A DNA stretch of 64,000 nt, from contig NC_087249.1 of the NCBI RefSeq assembly GCF_037042905.1, positions 10,232,001 to 10,296,000 on the forward strand, given 5' to 3'. The notes beneath the pieces are model-generated. The model saw nothing but the letters and a program-made list of their open reading frames with translations, was not told the origin of the DNA and did not search any database. Shown piece after piece: positions 1-14,300 of the stretch (its first letter is position 1; every line of letters begins with the position of its first letter). The position numbers and the translations under genes were made by a program. This DNA comes from Lytechinus pictus (Eukaryota).

Positions 1-63
1 ATGATTGTTTCATAGTTTGTAAACAATCAATGGTCAAGCAGCTAAAACACTCAAAGAGACCTG

Positions 64-632
64 GGGGCCGTTCACAAAGCTGTTCGTAAGTTAAGAGCAA
101 CTTTAAGAACGACTGGTGAACCTACCTTACGCGCTAAACCATCGCCAATGAACATGTTGGTGTATGGTATACCATTTACAAGGATCACCAGTCGTTCTTA
201 AAGTCGCTCTTAAAGATAAATGAAAGTAGTTGCAGTAAACACTGATTTCACGAGAAAGTCTGTAAAACCAGGCTTAATTGTCATATCATCGAGGATCTAG
301 ATCTGGTACAGTTACATCAACTGAACTTTGTGAAATCTTGAAATCTACGCTGAAAAATGTTCACACTGAAGATCACCAACACAGATAAGCACGTGGGACA
401 GTGTATTATCATTGCCTTGAATGTCGGCCCCACGCTTGACCCGAATCCTGTGCTTATTTGCTAATTCCTCAGCAATTACACAATTTCTTCCAGAATCCTT
501 TGGCACATATTTTTTATTTATAAAAACAGACACTTTGGTGGTAATTTCATTGGATTCTGTACGAACTCATTTTGAAATCGTTACAACTGGCATTTATCTT
601 TAACTTTCTGAACAGCTTTATGAAACACCCAC
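64..632. mobile_element. Harbinger-like MITE (CTG TSD) with a nested TTAA (Kolobok-like) MITE at 214-599
   Basis: ctg|GGGGCCGTT...GAAACACCCAC|ctg; inner ttaa|AGATAAATG...CATTTATCT|ttaa. Confidence 0.8.
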
Positions 633-2476
633 CTGGGTGGATTTTGATAAAGCTGATTGTTTGTTACACATGATCTTATACACACTTGAAGTCTTATACA
701 CACTTTACACGCACTCTATGCACACATTTCAAAGCATGACTGAAAAAAAACTACCCTGAATCAGACACCCCAAATGGGGGTGCATTCCCAGTTTATATAA
801 CTCGTCAAATTTTGAAAAAATATTGTATTTCCATTCTAATGCTTGGTAATATAATTCTAATCTAAAAAGATTAATTTCAACTACACCTGATAGGAATAAA
901 AAAGATTGATAATCTGTGGAGCATTTCATCAACATTTTGTCTGACAAGTTGTCAGATCCGACATCATTCCTTGATTTTGATTGGCTGAGAAGCATGTTAC
1001 TATGGCAACTGTCAGATAAAACAAAACTTGTCTGATGAAACATCTGACTAATCCTTTCATGAAACGTTACCAAGATTTAGCAACTAATAATGGTCGCAAG
1101 TTGTGCATGAAGTTGCGAGTAACTTACAAACGGCTTTATCAAACACCATCCAGTATAAAAAGAATGAAAGCTTTACTACAGGCACGAGCCATAACCATAA
1201 TGTCCTTGACTTCAACTTGAGTCACCAGTCAAGGAGACCATTCCTCAACCACTCAGCCATTGTCCCTCATATCAAAGATAACAATTTTAAAATGAGTTCG
1301 TACAGAATCCAATCATGATCACCCAGGTGTCTATATGACTGTATTAATGACAAATTTGTGCCAAAGGATTCTGAAAGAATTTGTGTAATTCATAAAACTA
1401 CTATTAAAAAAATGCAACACATAAATCATTTGCATCCTACATATCTCCCAAAATATACATTCTGATTTAAATTACACCATGATATAATCTTATTCACTTT
1501 ACACCAAAATTATTTATTCTTAGAGATCAAATTACAATATTGCTTTAAGAGAAAAAAATACTCTTACATGTACTATAAGTAATAATTGATAATTACCAGA
1601 ATAGCACTTGTACATATATAACCATTTTCTTAGTCTTCAAACTCTAGTCATGGAGATAATAGATATATCTATTTTTAGAACAAAACTAGGAAAATTCCCA
1701 CTACCCAGCTCCATGTCTCTCTAGATAATATTGTCCTTTAAAAATACAGAAAAAATACGAACTATCCATAGATCGAACAATACAAATAAGAAATACATGG
1801 CTTATTCAGATATTCCATAAATTGAGAAGGCAAGGCTATCTGATATTTTACAAGCCAATATTTCAGTGAACATACATTTTCATGATTTTTTTAAAAAACC
1901 ATTCTCCACATTTATGAGTTGTTTATATTCACAATTCTGAGCCGTTTCATGACTCACAACTATGGTAACTTTTCCATTTTATTGTAACGGACATGGAATC
2001 CTTCATTGTGATTGGCTGCTGAGCCCCGTTACCATGGTAGTTCATCATGTTTCCTCCGTTTAAAAAATACCCCACCAGCTTATAACACAGGAACCCCATT
2101 GCCTTGCGTGTTATGTCAATGGTAGCTCAAGTGGGGTATTTACCCTCCCACTTTCAGTTTTTGGGAGTTTTCATATCTCTCGTTTAAAACTGGGGAGGGG
2201 TGGACTGACAGCTGATAAGAGCTGATAACACACAGCAACCACGGCAACAGGCTGATGACCATAGCGGTGGAGTTGGATTGCAGCTGTCCATCTTACATAA
2301 TAGTATAAACAAACTATTAAGAGCTACGAATAATGAATCTGTATTCTATTTGTTTTAGGACATTGGCATATCCAAAAACGATTCGAAATTTAGATGAAGA
2401 TCAAAATGGAAGTTTGAACGATGCAAAATGACCCACAATTGGCAAAATTACAATAAGTAAAACAAAAATAGTTCAG

Positions 2477-2644
2477 GGGGCCGTTTCATAAAGCTGTTCG
2501 TAAGAGAGCGACTTTAAGAACGACTGGTGATCCTTTCTTATGTGCAAAACCATCGCTAATGAATATACCATTCGCCATAAGAAAGGATCATCAGCCGTTC
2601 TTAAAGTCGCTCTTAACTTACGAACAGCTTTACGAAACACCCAC
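2477..2644. mobile_element. Harbinger-like MITE, same family
   Basis: cag|GGGGCCGTTTCATAAAGCTGTTCGTAAG...GAAACACCCAC; other copies at about 14442-14612, 20409-20556, 33261-34000 and 53842-54015. Confidence 0.8.
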
Positions 2645-3528
2645 CGGGACTCTTGCATGTTTATAATACCCCTCTCTCTCTCTTCCTTTCTCCCTATCAG
2701 TGATGCCAGGCTATGAAGGTCACTTCTCCAGGGGGGGATGGGGTGGGGTGGATTACAACTGGGCGAGTTTGTTTACTTATGGATTACCATTCTTGCAAAG
2801 GATTGCTGATATCTGGATGGGGGAGGGGTTGGTCAGAATGGCTAGGAACTCGAAATTGGGGTTCGATAGTTTAAACAAGAAATTTCCTCAATTTTGTGTC
2901 ATAATGGCAAATTTGCTCTTTATGTAATGGTGCTCCAGGGGAGTGTGTCATCAACATTCTCGTCCAACAAATTGTCAGATCTGACAAATTTCCTTGATTT
3001 TGATTGGCTGAGAAGCAATGTTACTATGGTATCAATCGGATAAAACAGGACTTGTCGGATAAAACATCCAAGAAGTCCTTTCATGAAATGCTCCCCTGGC
3101 GTAAGCATACGACAGTGAAACTTCAGGTTATGTTGAACATAAGAAATTATAGAAAATGAAACCATCATAAAAGTTTCAGCCTGAACATATCAACAAGATG
3201 AGCAGAAAAGTGAAACGGAAAAAGAGAATATCCCGATATCTACAGCACATTGCTGGATCTCCCACATGAAGCGCTTGAATTTGAAGATTATGGCAGTCGT
3301 CTTGCTCTGGAATGACAGCTTTAATGCGCACTGCCATTGACATATCATGGGGAAATTGAATCAATATGAAATTTGCAAAAGGCCAATTGACTTGCATAAT
3401 ATAATCCGTCCGTCATGAGCGCCCATCGGACTAATGCAATAAAAGTTCGGAGAGCACAAATTTGACCGAACTCGTGATGGTTATTTACTTCGGGTCGTCG
3501 CAGTTCTAGTTTCCAACAATCCCAATTC

Positions 3529-3555
3529 CTAGACTCTTAGCAGGTCTCTTGATTC
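3529..3555 (-). CDS. Possible alternative terminal coding exon (ESRDLLRV*) of the RING gene, followed by 3' UTR
   Basis: Strong acceptor ttttattttggtttag at 3556, phase 0 compatible with the donor at 5667. Confidence 0.45.
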   Translation of the reverse strand, partial: ESRDLLRV

Positions 3556-5561
3556 CTAAACCAAAATAAAATAACCTCTGTGAAGTTAATGTTTCAAAGT
3601 GAAAACATGCAGTTTACTTCTTGTTGGTTAGTCTACTAACTACTGCTCTCCTATATTAGACCTCCCAGACATACCAGCGTCTATTACATAACACCCCCAG
3701 GCATGCAGCTGAGTGAAAGACTTGAATCCTTTCTCTGTTCTGAGATTAGCCTTGATTTCCCCATGATTTGTCAATGGAAAGTCGCTTTAATATTGCCACG
3801 CAAGTATGACCACCAAAGTAGCGATGGAATGCCTGCATTTATTCCTTCAGATGTTCACAAGCCTGGGTCCCTTAATAAACACTGTATCAAAAAAAGAGAA
3901 AAGAAAGAAATATATAGAAATTACATCGGGACCCTGTCTTCCAAAGAGTTACGATTGATCAGATAACCCTCAACTATATATAGAAATAAAAAAATGTCAT
4001 ACTTTTTCTACAGTAATTTTGCACAATTTCCGTTGTAAACAAGAGAATGAATAAATGAATGAATGAGTGAATGATCGAATGAATATGCATCATACCTAGA
4101 ATTTGTTTTTGAACAAACATGCATTTTAGATGTTGACATTGCTGGCTTTCCATGGTTGTGGTTAATCGGATCAATCATAAGATGGGGCACTGGGCTACCT
4201 AACACAAAGGTTCGCAATCAATCACAAAAGAGCATAAACTAATCAAGATCACTGATGCATGCTAATATTTTTCAACAATGACCACTGGTCAGGGTCAGGA
4301 AACAACTAATCAGAGGTAAGAGACCAGGCACCCTAAAACCAACAATAAATCGCCAGGGAAGGTTCTCTGTAAATAGCCAAATAGAAAATTTGGTCTTAAA
4401 AAAGCAACAAAATTGAAAAATTGTAAAGTTGAAGGAAAAAAAAGAGTTTCATTGACACATGTTGTGGACTGCTTGGAAGGTTCATTGAGATTAGACAGTG
4501 TGCACATCTCATGCTTGAGTGAACTTCGCACTTCAAATGGTGTTTTCTCCTTTTTCTTTGAAGCACTCACTCAATTTACTTTTCTGCAATCTGCATTCAA
4601 TCAAATATGTGTGCGGGTTATTATTGATCAGTTATATATCATTTTACAGCTCAGGTGTTCGTTTTTTAACTCAGTAAAATCTCAACAGTCATTTTGGGCG
4701 CCTTGTTGTTGGTTTTGGGGTAGCTGGTCGCATATTTATCACACCTATATAATTCATATAAGCAGTTGTGCTTTGTTTGACCCTCAACAGGTAATATATC
4801 TCTTCATGTCAATGATTTGTAAAATATGTAATATATTTTAACTGAGGAAAGAAATTTGAATTAACAATCCATTGTAAACCTTTGTGAAATAAGGGCTCAG
4901 CACGAGAAAATGTACAAAAAATGTACCAAGAGATTGTGCAGAGCTTTTTTTTCAATTTCAACATACATGTAAATGACATTGGAGATGTGTGTAACCCTTT
5001 ATGAACCAGCAGTCTTTCATCATTCAACACAAAAAGTGCAATTAAGATTATCAGTCCTAACAAGGGAAACTCAATTCTGACGAAAAGAGGGGAGAGGGAG
5101 AAAAGAAATAACACAATTTTGGTTTGACGATTAGAGTGTAGTATCAACTTATAATGTTGATTCTAACAATACTGTTCCACAAAACTAGCAGTCTTTTGGA
5201 AACTCAGCATCTTCTGAATTTCAATTTTCAGATTTTTCTCCATTTTCTCTCTATATGCAGCTTGTTTCCTCCTCAGCTCGGGTATATCATGGGAAATATC
5301 TCACACAATAAAAAGTTGATTTTACAAAGAGGCAAGCTGCATTTTGGGAGACAATGGAGAAAATCTGAGGACTATATACCCACATAATTGGAGTGTATGG
5401 TATACAAATAAGAGCATTCCATTTTATGGCAATGTTGCCAATTTGAGGATCACCATAGAACATAAAAAGAAAGTGGGACTTTCTACAACTTTTTAAACAA
5501 ACTAGAACGTTTCGTAGTTTTATGCTTCAGCACTCGGTCTAACTTCATGTTCATGTAAAGA

Positions 5562-5697
5562 CTAATTCCAAAAGGTTTCTTTCTTTTTTGTAAAAATTAT
5601 CATGAACATTTCTTGTTTATCTTTAATTTGACAAAATGATGATGTCCTAAAATGTAATAAACATACCTTCTTTTTTCTTGGACAGTAGCAACAGGCC
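5562..5697 (-). CDS. RING gene exon 12 (WACCYCPRKKK...); terminal exon, or spliced at 5667
   Basis: ctcctcag acceptor; reads to TAG at 5562-5564; an internal AAG|gtatgt donor after 5667 makes the 3' end uncertain. Confidence 0.7.
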
Positions 5698-8600
5698 CTG
5701 AGGAGAAACAACAAACAAGTAAAAGAAAATACTATATTAGGAATTCTGTTTCCCACTGCATGCATAGCATAAGAACACCAATACAATAGAGAAACAATAG
5801 TCGGAAAAGTACAGCCAGCAAAATTCTTTGGTGCAGTAGAAATAACATCAAATTGGAAATTCCATTTATAAATCAGCTTATTTGTATGCCTGACATCCAT
5901 TTCTTTTGGTCCTATTCTTACTTCACTCCATAAACCGCTCAAACCATATCAACATTAACTAAGAGCATTACATTTCATATGAAAGAAAAAAAACAGAGAC
6001 AAATCACTAAGGGGGCACTTCATGGAAAATTGTTGGCACTGATTAAATTGTCAGTGCCGACGATTTCAGTGAAATGCTTGGTTCTGATTGGCTAAAAGGC
6101 ACTGGCACCTGACTGTTAAAGCGGGTAAAGACGAACACACTTCATGGCATGGCATGCGCCTGTAATCCAAGCTACACGGGGAAGTTACAAATTGATGCAG
6201 AGGTTCGAGATTCGAACCCTGGTCACGTCTTTTGGATGGTGACGTTAAAGGTCGGTCCCAGACGTAAATAATCATATCTGATTGATACACATCTGACAAA
6301 ACTCAAATACACACACACACTTCATGGCATTGTCCAAATACGATTCTTACCACGTTGGTTGATGTCCCATAACATATGGAGTTGTCTCGTGATCTTTGTG
6401 GCAATGATCCCGGCACGACCGGCATACCCCTTTAAAAAAACGAGCAAATACATGAATTACAGCTACAAAATAAAATTTTAAAGAGACATTAGACATCAAA
6501 TCATGTGTTGAATGACAAGCTTTGAAGCACTCTAAACCCAAGGGTTAAATTTAAAATGCAAATAGAACAATCCAGGGCCAACATTACATGAAGCTTAATA
6601 GATGACATGACATTGACAGATGACATTGATGAATTAGGCATTAAAAATATTGTTATGTTGCCCTCATTCCACCAACTGTAAAATGCAAAAAGAAAAGGTT
6701 TCCTCTATTTTGCAAACCCCGAATATACAAATGCATTGTTTTGAGAGTAGAATTCCCTCTAATTTGTATTCAGTGGCCGGTATTCTGAAGTCGGGTTTAA
6801 TTTAAACTCTGGTTTTAAGTTGTGGTTTAACTATGGAACGCCAATTGTTACATAAATCTATAAAAATAGAGGTTCAATGTATCAGCTCATTTGACTCCCA
6901 AAACTTAACTGCCTGGGAAGGATAAGTATGACATATGTCTTCACCATTAAAGAATTAGTAAAGAGCACAGTAAACATGAGAAGCATTCACTGTAAACAAA
7001 ATTTTTGAAACGTTTGGCTTCCCATAATTTTAGCACAGAGTTAGACCATGGTCTAAGTTATACCCGACTTCAGAATATGAGCCAGTGTCTTAAAGAAACA
7101 CTTTAATATGCGTTTTGACACATTTGACTGCATAAATAAATCATCCAATGCATGATTTTCTATTTGCAGAGCAGCAGCAAAGGCATTTTAAAAAAAGAAA
7201 GAAAAAAAAAACCGACTGACCGACCCAACTTGCCAATTTTGGGCTCATGAGGGCAGCATAACAACTTTTTTAGGCCCTATGTGCAATCAATTGTACAAAT
7301 CAACTGTAATAATTGTTAAGGTTTGTGTTATCCATCTCATGGGTTACATACACCCTGACAAAAGTTTATTCTAAAAATAGCAACAAAAAATAAAAATAAT
7401 GCTGAAGGTTGAGGAAAAACCCTTCAAAGATGTAAAAAGTTATTTGCAGTTTAATTTTTTGATTTGTGATGTCATATGCAAGCAGCTTTCCATTTGAATT
7501 TACAAAATCACTGAATGTAATTTTCTTAAAAAATTGAAAATGGTTTTTATTGTACCTTCAGTATATCAATAGACAAATCATGATACCTCCACTCTTAAAA
7601 GAAAAAAAAGTCATCATGAACCATCATTTAAAAAAAAATAATAATGCTTTTTATATTTCAGAACATATGGGGCAGCTGCTCATCTACTACGTCACAAATC
7701 AAAAACTTAAAATTGTAATAACTTTCTTTTTTGGATTTTTTTCTCATACCTTCATCGTCATTTTTCATTATTTTTCAGAGTGAACTTTCCCTTTAAATGA
7801 TTCAATCCATCCCAATAAATTTAACCCATCTTCATGTGTTCGAGCCAATGAGAATAAATCATGAAGGATTCTCTACTTACAGTTGAATGAACAATCCTTG
7901 CAAGTGAAGTAATCCATCTTCTCTTCTCCTTCTTCAAACAAGGCTGTGAAACACGGTCTTGGTAGCTCGCTGTTGTATATAAAAATAACACATGAATTCA
8001 TTAAAATCCTATCAGTACACCCTTTAATATACATGGCATAAGCCACATGGAACTCTGAGAAAACTGTTGGTTCACGTTAAAGGACAAGCCTGTCAAGGAC
8101 AAGAAGCGAAACGTGGTGGACGGTATCAGATGTGAGCCAAACGGTTGTCAGGATGCCTACATCGGTCATACACAACAATCGCTGAAAGCTTGTGTGTACT
8201 ACAAGTAACACCGTAACACTGGTTTCGTGGCCATTCCTCAGTTGGTGGTGTTTATCCACCTTAACGCTACGGGACACTCTTTCAAGAAGAAGGATGTGGT
8301 GATCCTGGACAGAAAAGGCAGTTGCTTCGAGAGAGGTGTGTTAAAGGAAGCTATTTGGGAGAGGGTGGAGAACCCCTCATTGAATCAGAGAGTTGGTTTG
8401 CGGTTTCAGCTACCACACACCTGGGACCGAATTCTACGGGAAATTCAGAGTCGTCTCTCACGTGACTGACTTCCCGCCCCTGGGGGACCAAGCAACATGT
8501 AAACTAGGGTCTTCTGACTTTGTTGAAAAGTCGCTTGGAAAGACATATTTTGTTAATTTGCCTGATGTAGCCTACAGTGGTTAGTGAAACGTCGTGACCA

Positions 8601-11290
8601 CAGAGGGATTAAAGGTTTCTACTTTGCAATTTTCACCATTTCCATAAAAGACTAATGCTTTATGTATTAAAATGGGACTCAGATGGACAAATTTCTTTGA
8701 TTTAGCTAGAATATCTTAAAGTTTGTGATTCTCCGAACCCCTGTCGGGATCTGCCACTGTGAAAACAAATACATGTATCCCATAATGCATTACCTTCTCA
8801 GTTTGACCTCTCCGAAGATGACGATATCACATCCTGGTTGGATGCCATACTCTAAGACAGGGATGGATTCGCTGTGTAGCAAGGTTACCAGTTCATTCTG
8901 ATCCGTATTATAGGGGTTATCTTGGGCGAGGAGTGTGAATATGAGAGCCTCATCTACAACGATGTGCTCTTTACCATATGGCCTGAAAGAAATTGAGATT
9001 TTTATAAGCATTATCATCATTATCATCACCATCATGATCATTATCATCACCATCGTTGTTGTCGTCAATATCATCATTGCTTTTCATCATCATCATCATC
9101 ATCGTCCCATCATCATCATCATCATAATCATCATCATCATCTCATTATCATCTCATCATCACCATCATATCATCATTACATCATCATCTCCTTGTCTTCC
9201 AGTCTGAGGGACGTGGGTTCGATTCCCAGCCATGGCGTGTTTCCCTTCAGCATGAAATTTACCCACATTGTGCTGCACTTTCACCAGGTGGGGTAAATGG
9301 GTACAGGCAGGAAGTAATTCCTCAAAAAGCTTTGAGAACTGAAATCAGTAGACTAGCTTAGCCAGGGTAATATAGGACCGCCTTGAGCTAGTGCTGCAAG
9401 TCAGGCGCCATGTTCGGGTTCGGTTCGGTTCGGCAAGGTTCGGCAGAAATTTGCCGAACATTGGTTCGGTTCGGGGTTCGGTAATGATAGACTGATAAAG
9501 CTATAGTTCATTCAGGTATATACGTAGCGTACCGGTAGACAATTTGTACTTGATTGACTGCATGTGCTCGCGTGTACCTCTGTCGCATCAAACCATTTTA
9601 TCTATATCTTGACATGAAACTATGAAAGTTATAGCTCGCTCAACGAATCAACTTTTATCTCGAATTTGATTATCTGATGACAGATTTATTGGGTAACTCA
9701 CAGTTCTAAAATGGCGACTCTTCTAAGTCCATACCTGGACCACACTTAGCTTTGGATACTTGCCAAATTAACTACGCTCGCACTCGTACCAGCTAGGCCA
9801 GCGCATGCAGTCCCCTTGTAGCGGGACTCTGAGCTCATGAATATTTATATATACAGTCCGGCCAAACGTGATTGGCAATTACGTCGGCCATCGCCAGCAC
9901 CAGTGCACTGAACTGTAGGCATAGTAGGGCCAGGGGCGTGTCGAAGAAAGCATGCTTATGTAATGCGCCTTTCGCTAATTGGCTAGATGGGTGAACTAAA
10001 CCACCAATCGCATGTCGCTAATTGTCGCATCGGTACATACAGCCACGTGCTTTGTCTGCTCGCGAAACTCAGCTCACTGATTGAAGAGCAATTCCCGAGA
10101 TTTCTATGATTTCATTGGTCAGATTTCATTCGACCATGAACATACAGACCAAGTGGGATGCAAAGTTTTACGACTGTAATGGGACAGGGGGAGTAGAGTG
10201 ATCATCGAATTATTTATGGTTAATTTGAGAAGTTGATAAGAAAGGAAAAAAAAAGTAAAGATTGGGGGTCATTTTCCCCCAAGAGATGAATGTTTCCGCA
10301 TGGCTTTATCTTCATTCAACTTGTCAACGAGGGGAAGGGGATCTTGCTATATGCTATACCGTAATCAGTCATGAGTGTTTGATTTTTATTTTCATCTGAT
10401 TGTTAATAATAAAAAAAGATAACTTCACCTCATCTCATGTCTATATTATTTGTTTTGCGTCTCTCCTTTCCATCTCTAACAGTCACTCACTTTATTTCCC
10501 ACTTTCACTGGATCTCTCGTTTTCAAAACTCTTTACTTCTCTCTAAAATCATGAAAACTAGACAGTAGCGAGCCGACACCTCAATAATAATGTCAATCAC
10601 CTCAATCAGATCTTTATTCTCCGCCGCAACAATACACGAGTTACGATCTTAATCACATCGTATCGTAATTCGTAATATTAATGGTACTTCATCTTTCACT
10701 TTCAGTTTATTGAGCTCGTTCATTCAAAATACTTTCAAACAAGAATCTTGTTCGCCACCTAAAAACAACAATATTTTAGATAATTAGATTTAACCAATGA
10801 ACACTCATACAGTTTTGGTTTTCTTTACCATGCTTCGGCGATTCGGCCACAGAGCGAGAGATGATGAAAGCCAGTAAAATGATTATAGCGCAAGCTCGCG
10901 CAACATCATTCATCGGATCTCCTTTCTTTAATCAGGGCCGTAAAAACCACAATGTCAACATGAAAATGAAAACAAAATCTAGTAACCGCAAAATAAGCAC
11001 ATACTTCCAACATACAATTGCAAAGAAGATTAAATAGAGAATGCGCAAATATAACGATTAGAAAGGGTGTAAACTTATAAATTTATTAGCTGAAAGCCGT
11101 TTTTTTTTTTTTTTTGCCGAACTTCCGAACCAAGTCTTAGTGTTCGGTTCGGTTCTGTTCGGTTCGGAAGTGCCATGTTCGGCGAACTACCGTTCGGTTC
11201 GGCGGTTCGGCTACAGCACTACCTTGAGCACCTAACAGGGTGGACAAGTGTGCTTTATACATGTAAATCTTGAATTAGTACCATCATTAC

Positions 11291-11361
<71 letters not shown>

Positions 11362-14300
11362 ACACCATCATCATCATCATCAGCATCATTTTAATTTTTG
11401 GTTTTTGATTTGTGACGTCATATATGAGCAGCTGCCCCATAAAACACATAAATATCAATTCTATAACGGTCCATAATGACTTGAAGAAAATTATCTCAGG
11501 AGCGGGTGTGAAATCATCTGTCTGTTGATATACTGAAGGTACAGTAAAAACCATTTTCAATTTTTTTGAGAAAATGATATTTCATTGATTTTTTTTAAAA
11601 CTACATGATATATGGGGATGCTGCTTGCATATGACATCACAAATCAAAATACTAATAACTTTGATGGGTTTGATGGGTTTTCCTCAAACCTTCACCAAAA
11701 TTTTCAACAGGGTGAACTTTCTCTTTAAAATGCTGGTTATTATCATTATATCCTCCATAAATTAAATCTTGTATGCTGATTGGTCTAAATAGCATCATGT
11801 GCCCAAACATATTCTCACTATTTTGCGATGATGTTGAAAATGAAACATCCACTAAAGAATATTTACTATTGCGCGACGTCAATGATGGAATAGATGGAAT
11901 AGTGCACTATTCCATCCTTGACGTCACAGATCATGCAATCTCTCGGGCGCACTGATCAGCGAGGTGACTCTACCGGGCAAGACCCATGGAGGGACGGCGC
12001 AGGCACAAATCTGCGTCCTGCAGAGCGCCTGGCTTCAGGAAAAGTAGATTAGTCAGCGCAGCGCATTATCTATATTTTGGTTCAGATTTTAAAAATATGA
12101 ACTACGTGTACAAGAACTAGATTATGAAGATCTATTGTTCTAGCTTATTAAATGTAGGATATACAACAAATATACCAGGCCTATATTTCAAAAGTATAGG
12201 GGGAATTGTTCATCCTCGGTTGTACTGGCAAAATTACTATTTGGTACATTTGTATACTATTGTACTGACCTGATAAGTAGGTAATGGACATTAGGTTCTC
12301 TATACACGGCAACCCTGTCCTGTCTCTCTCTGATTCGTAGAAACAACATCTCTTTGATTTGAGACATGCTGCAAGCAAACAACATCAACAAAATGAACTA
12401 CAGTCAGCAAACTTCATTTGTGTAAAAATAATAGCTTTTAGTTCAGGCCAGGATTATTATGAAAGAAACTGCCTCCATGTGAATAAGAAATGCTGAATAT
12501 TAGACAATGGAAATTTTGTGTACATGTATGTTGAGAGATTAGAAATCATGCTGGAACTGTACACGAAAATGTAGCAATGGGACTATACTCATAAATCCTT
12601 GGTCCAAACATATCAGCCATTGGGGATCATAGCTCGATTTCAAGGGCATATGAGACGCAAGTGAACCATTGCGTTGAAATTTTTTAAAACTAGATTATTC
12701 TTCCTGAATAAGATAAGAATGAAAACCCTTACAAATATTGTTTCAATTTTTCCAACCACAGAAGTGTCCCTTCAAGCAATGTTACCATTGATTATTACCA
12801 TTGATGGAAATATCTTAATTAAATAAGGCTAAAATGATAAAACTACTCATCTTGAATGCTGGTGAACATGTGTCTTGTGCTTTGCAAAATTTTTACACTA
12901 ATTTGCATGAAATGCATGTAATAAGCTGCATTTGATTTGGGAATCAAATATTTCTCTGTCAACAAAACTCCCTGTTTAGGCCATGTGTAGAAAGTATCCT
13001 TTTGTATGGTTTATAGAAACATGGACAATCAAGAAAACCTTTAAAAGCTAGACTAGATGGCACCTATACTTGACTTTTAATGAGGGTACAAAATATTAGT
13101 TGGACAGATCGCAAAACAAAACATGAAATTTATGGACATCTTCCACCTAACTGCACCAAGGTAATTGAACGTAGTATGAGATTTGCTGGTCACTGTTTCC
13201 GTAGTGAGAAGGAAGTTATATCCGATATACATATACTTTTGTTGTGCCTCCCTCATAAAATGAAAGGACAGAGACCTTTAAATTGTGTTGATTACATATA
13301 TAGGGATACAAATAATTTGTTACATGTCAGATTGCAAAGCCTGGCATACCACTGTTGATTCATTCTCGGATGCGTCAGATGTGTAGTGTAGTGTAGTGTA
13401 GTGTACTGTACATTAATATCCTTTTTAACAAAAGTCTTACAAAATTTTGTATGACCCCTTTTCTATAATCATTACTATACAACTTTTCACCTTGTTACAG
13501 AAAAAATTATCAAAATAAATTTTCTCACCTCGAATGTGGCTGCAATACCAGTTCTCCAACAACAATATCTTTGCCAAACAGTCTAAAAAATACAGTGACC
13601 GGAATAGTACTAAGTGTTGGGAGATGTTCCTTTAGATATCTGCATATTGAAAGAAGGAGAATGCATAGATTTAGATATTTTTTTTAATTTATTTCCAACT
13701 CGTCTAATGCCAATTCATCCAATTGCCAACTCGTCTACTATCATTTGGTCTACCATCAGTTCGTCCACTCACCACATGGTCTACTTTCATTTAGTCTAAT
13801 GCCATTCCAGCTCATAACCAGTTGGTCCAATAGCCATTTAGTCCATATCATTTGGTCTAATTAAATTAAAATGTTAATTGTGCAAAATGAATGAAAAGAA
13901 AATGGGTATTAGACCAACTGGTTATTAGACGAAATGGTAATAGATGAACTGGTAATTAGACAAAGTGATGATTGGAACAAATGGTTATTGGACCAACTGG
14001 TTGTTAGACGAAATAGCATTAGACTAAATGAAGGTAGACCATGTGGTGAGTGGACAAGTTGGCAGTGGACGAATTGGCAATTTACATTTTTTTCATATCA
14101 AGGAACCATATGACGAGCCTCAGGCATGAACTTTTATTCAGTCAAAATCAATTAAAAGCATTTTCACAGGATATTGCTATACAATGCAAATAAGCTGCTT
14201 AAATCAGAAGGAAAATTTGAACACTCTTATAAAACAGAATAGAATATCATAAATAAAATAATGTGAAACTTGAAGATTACTTTAGTATGCCATCTAATTC

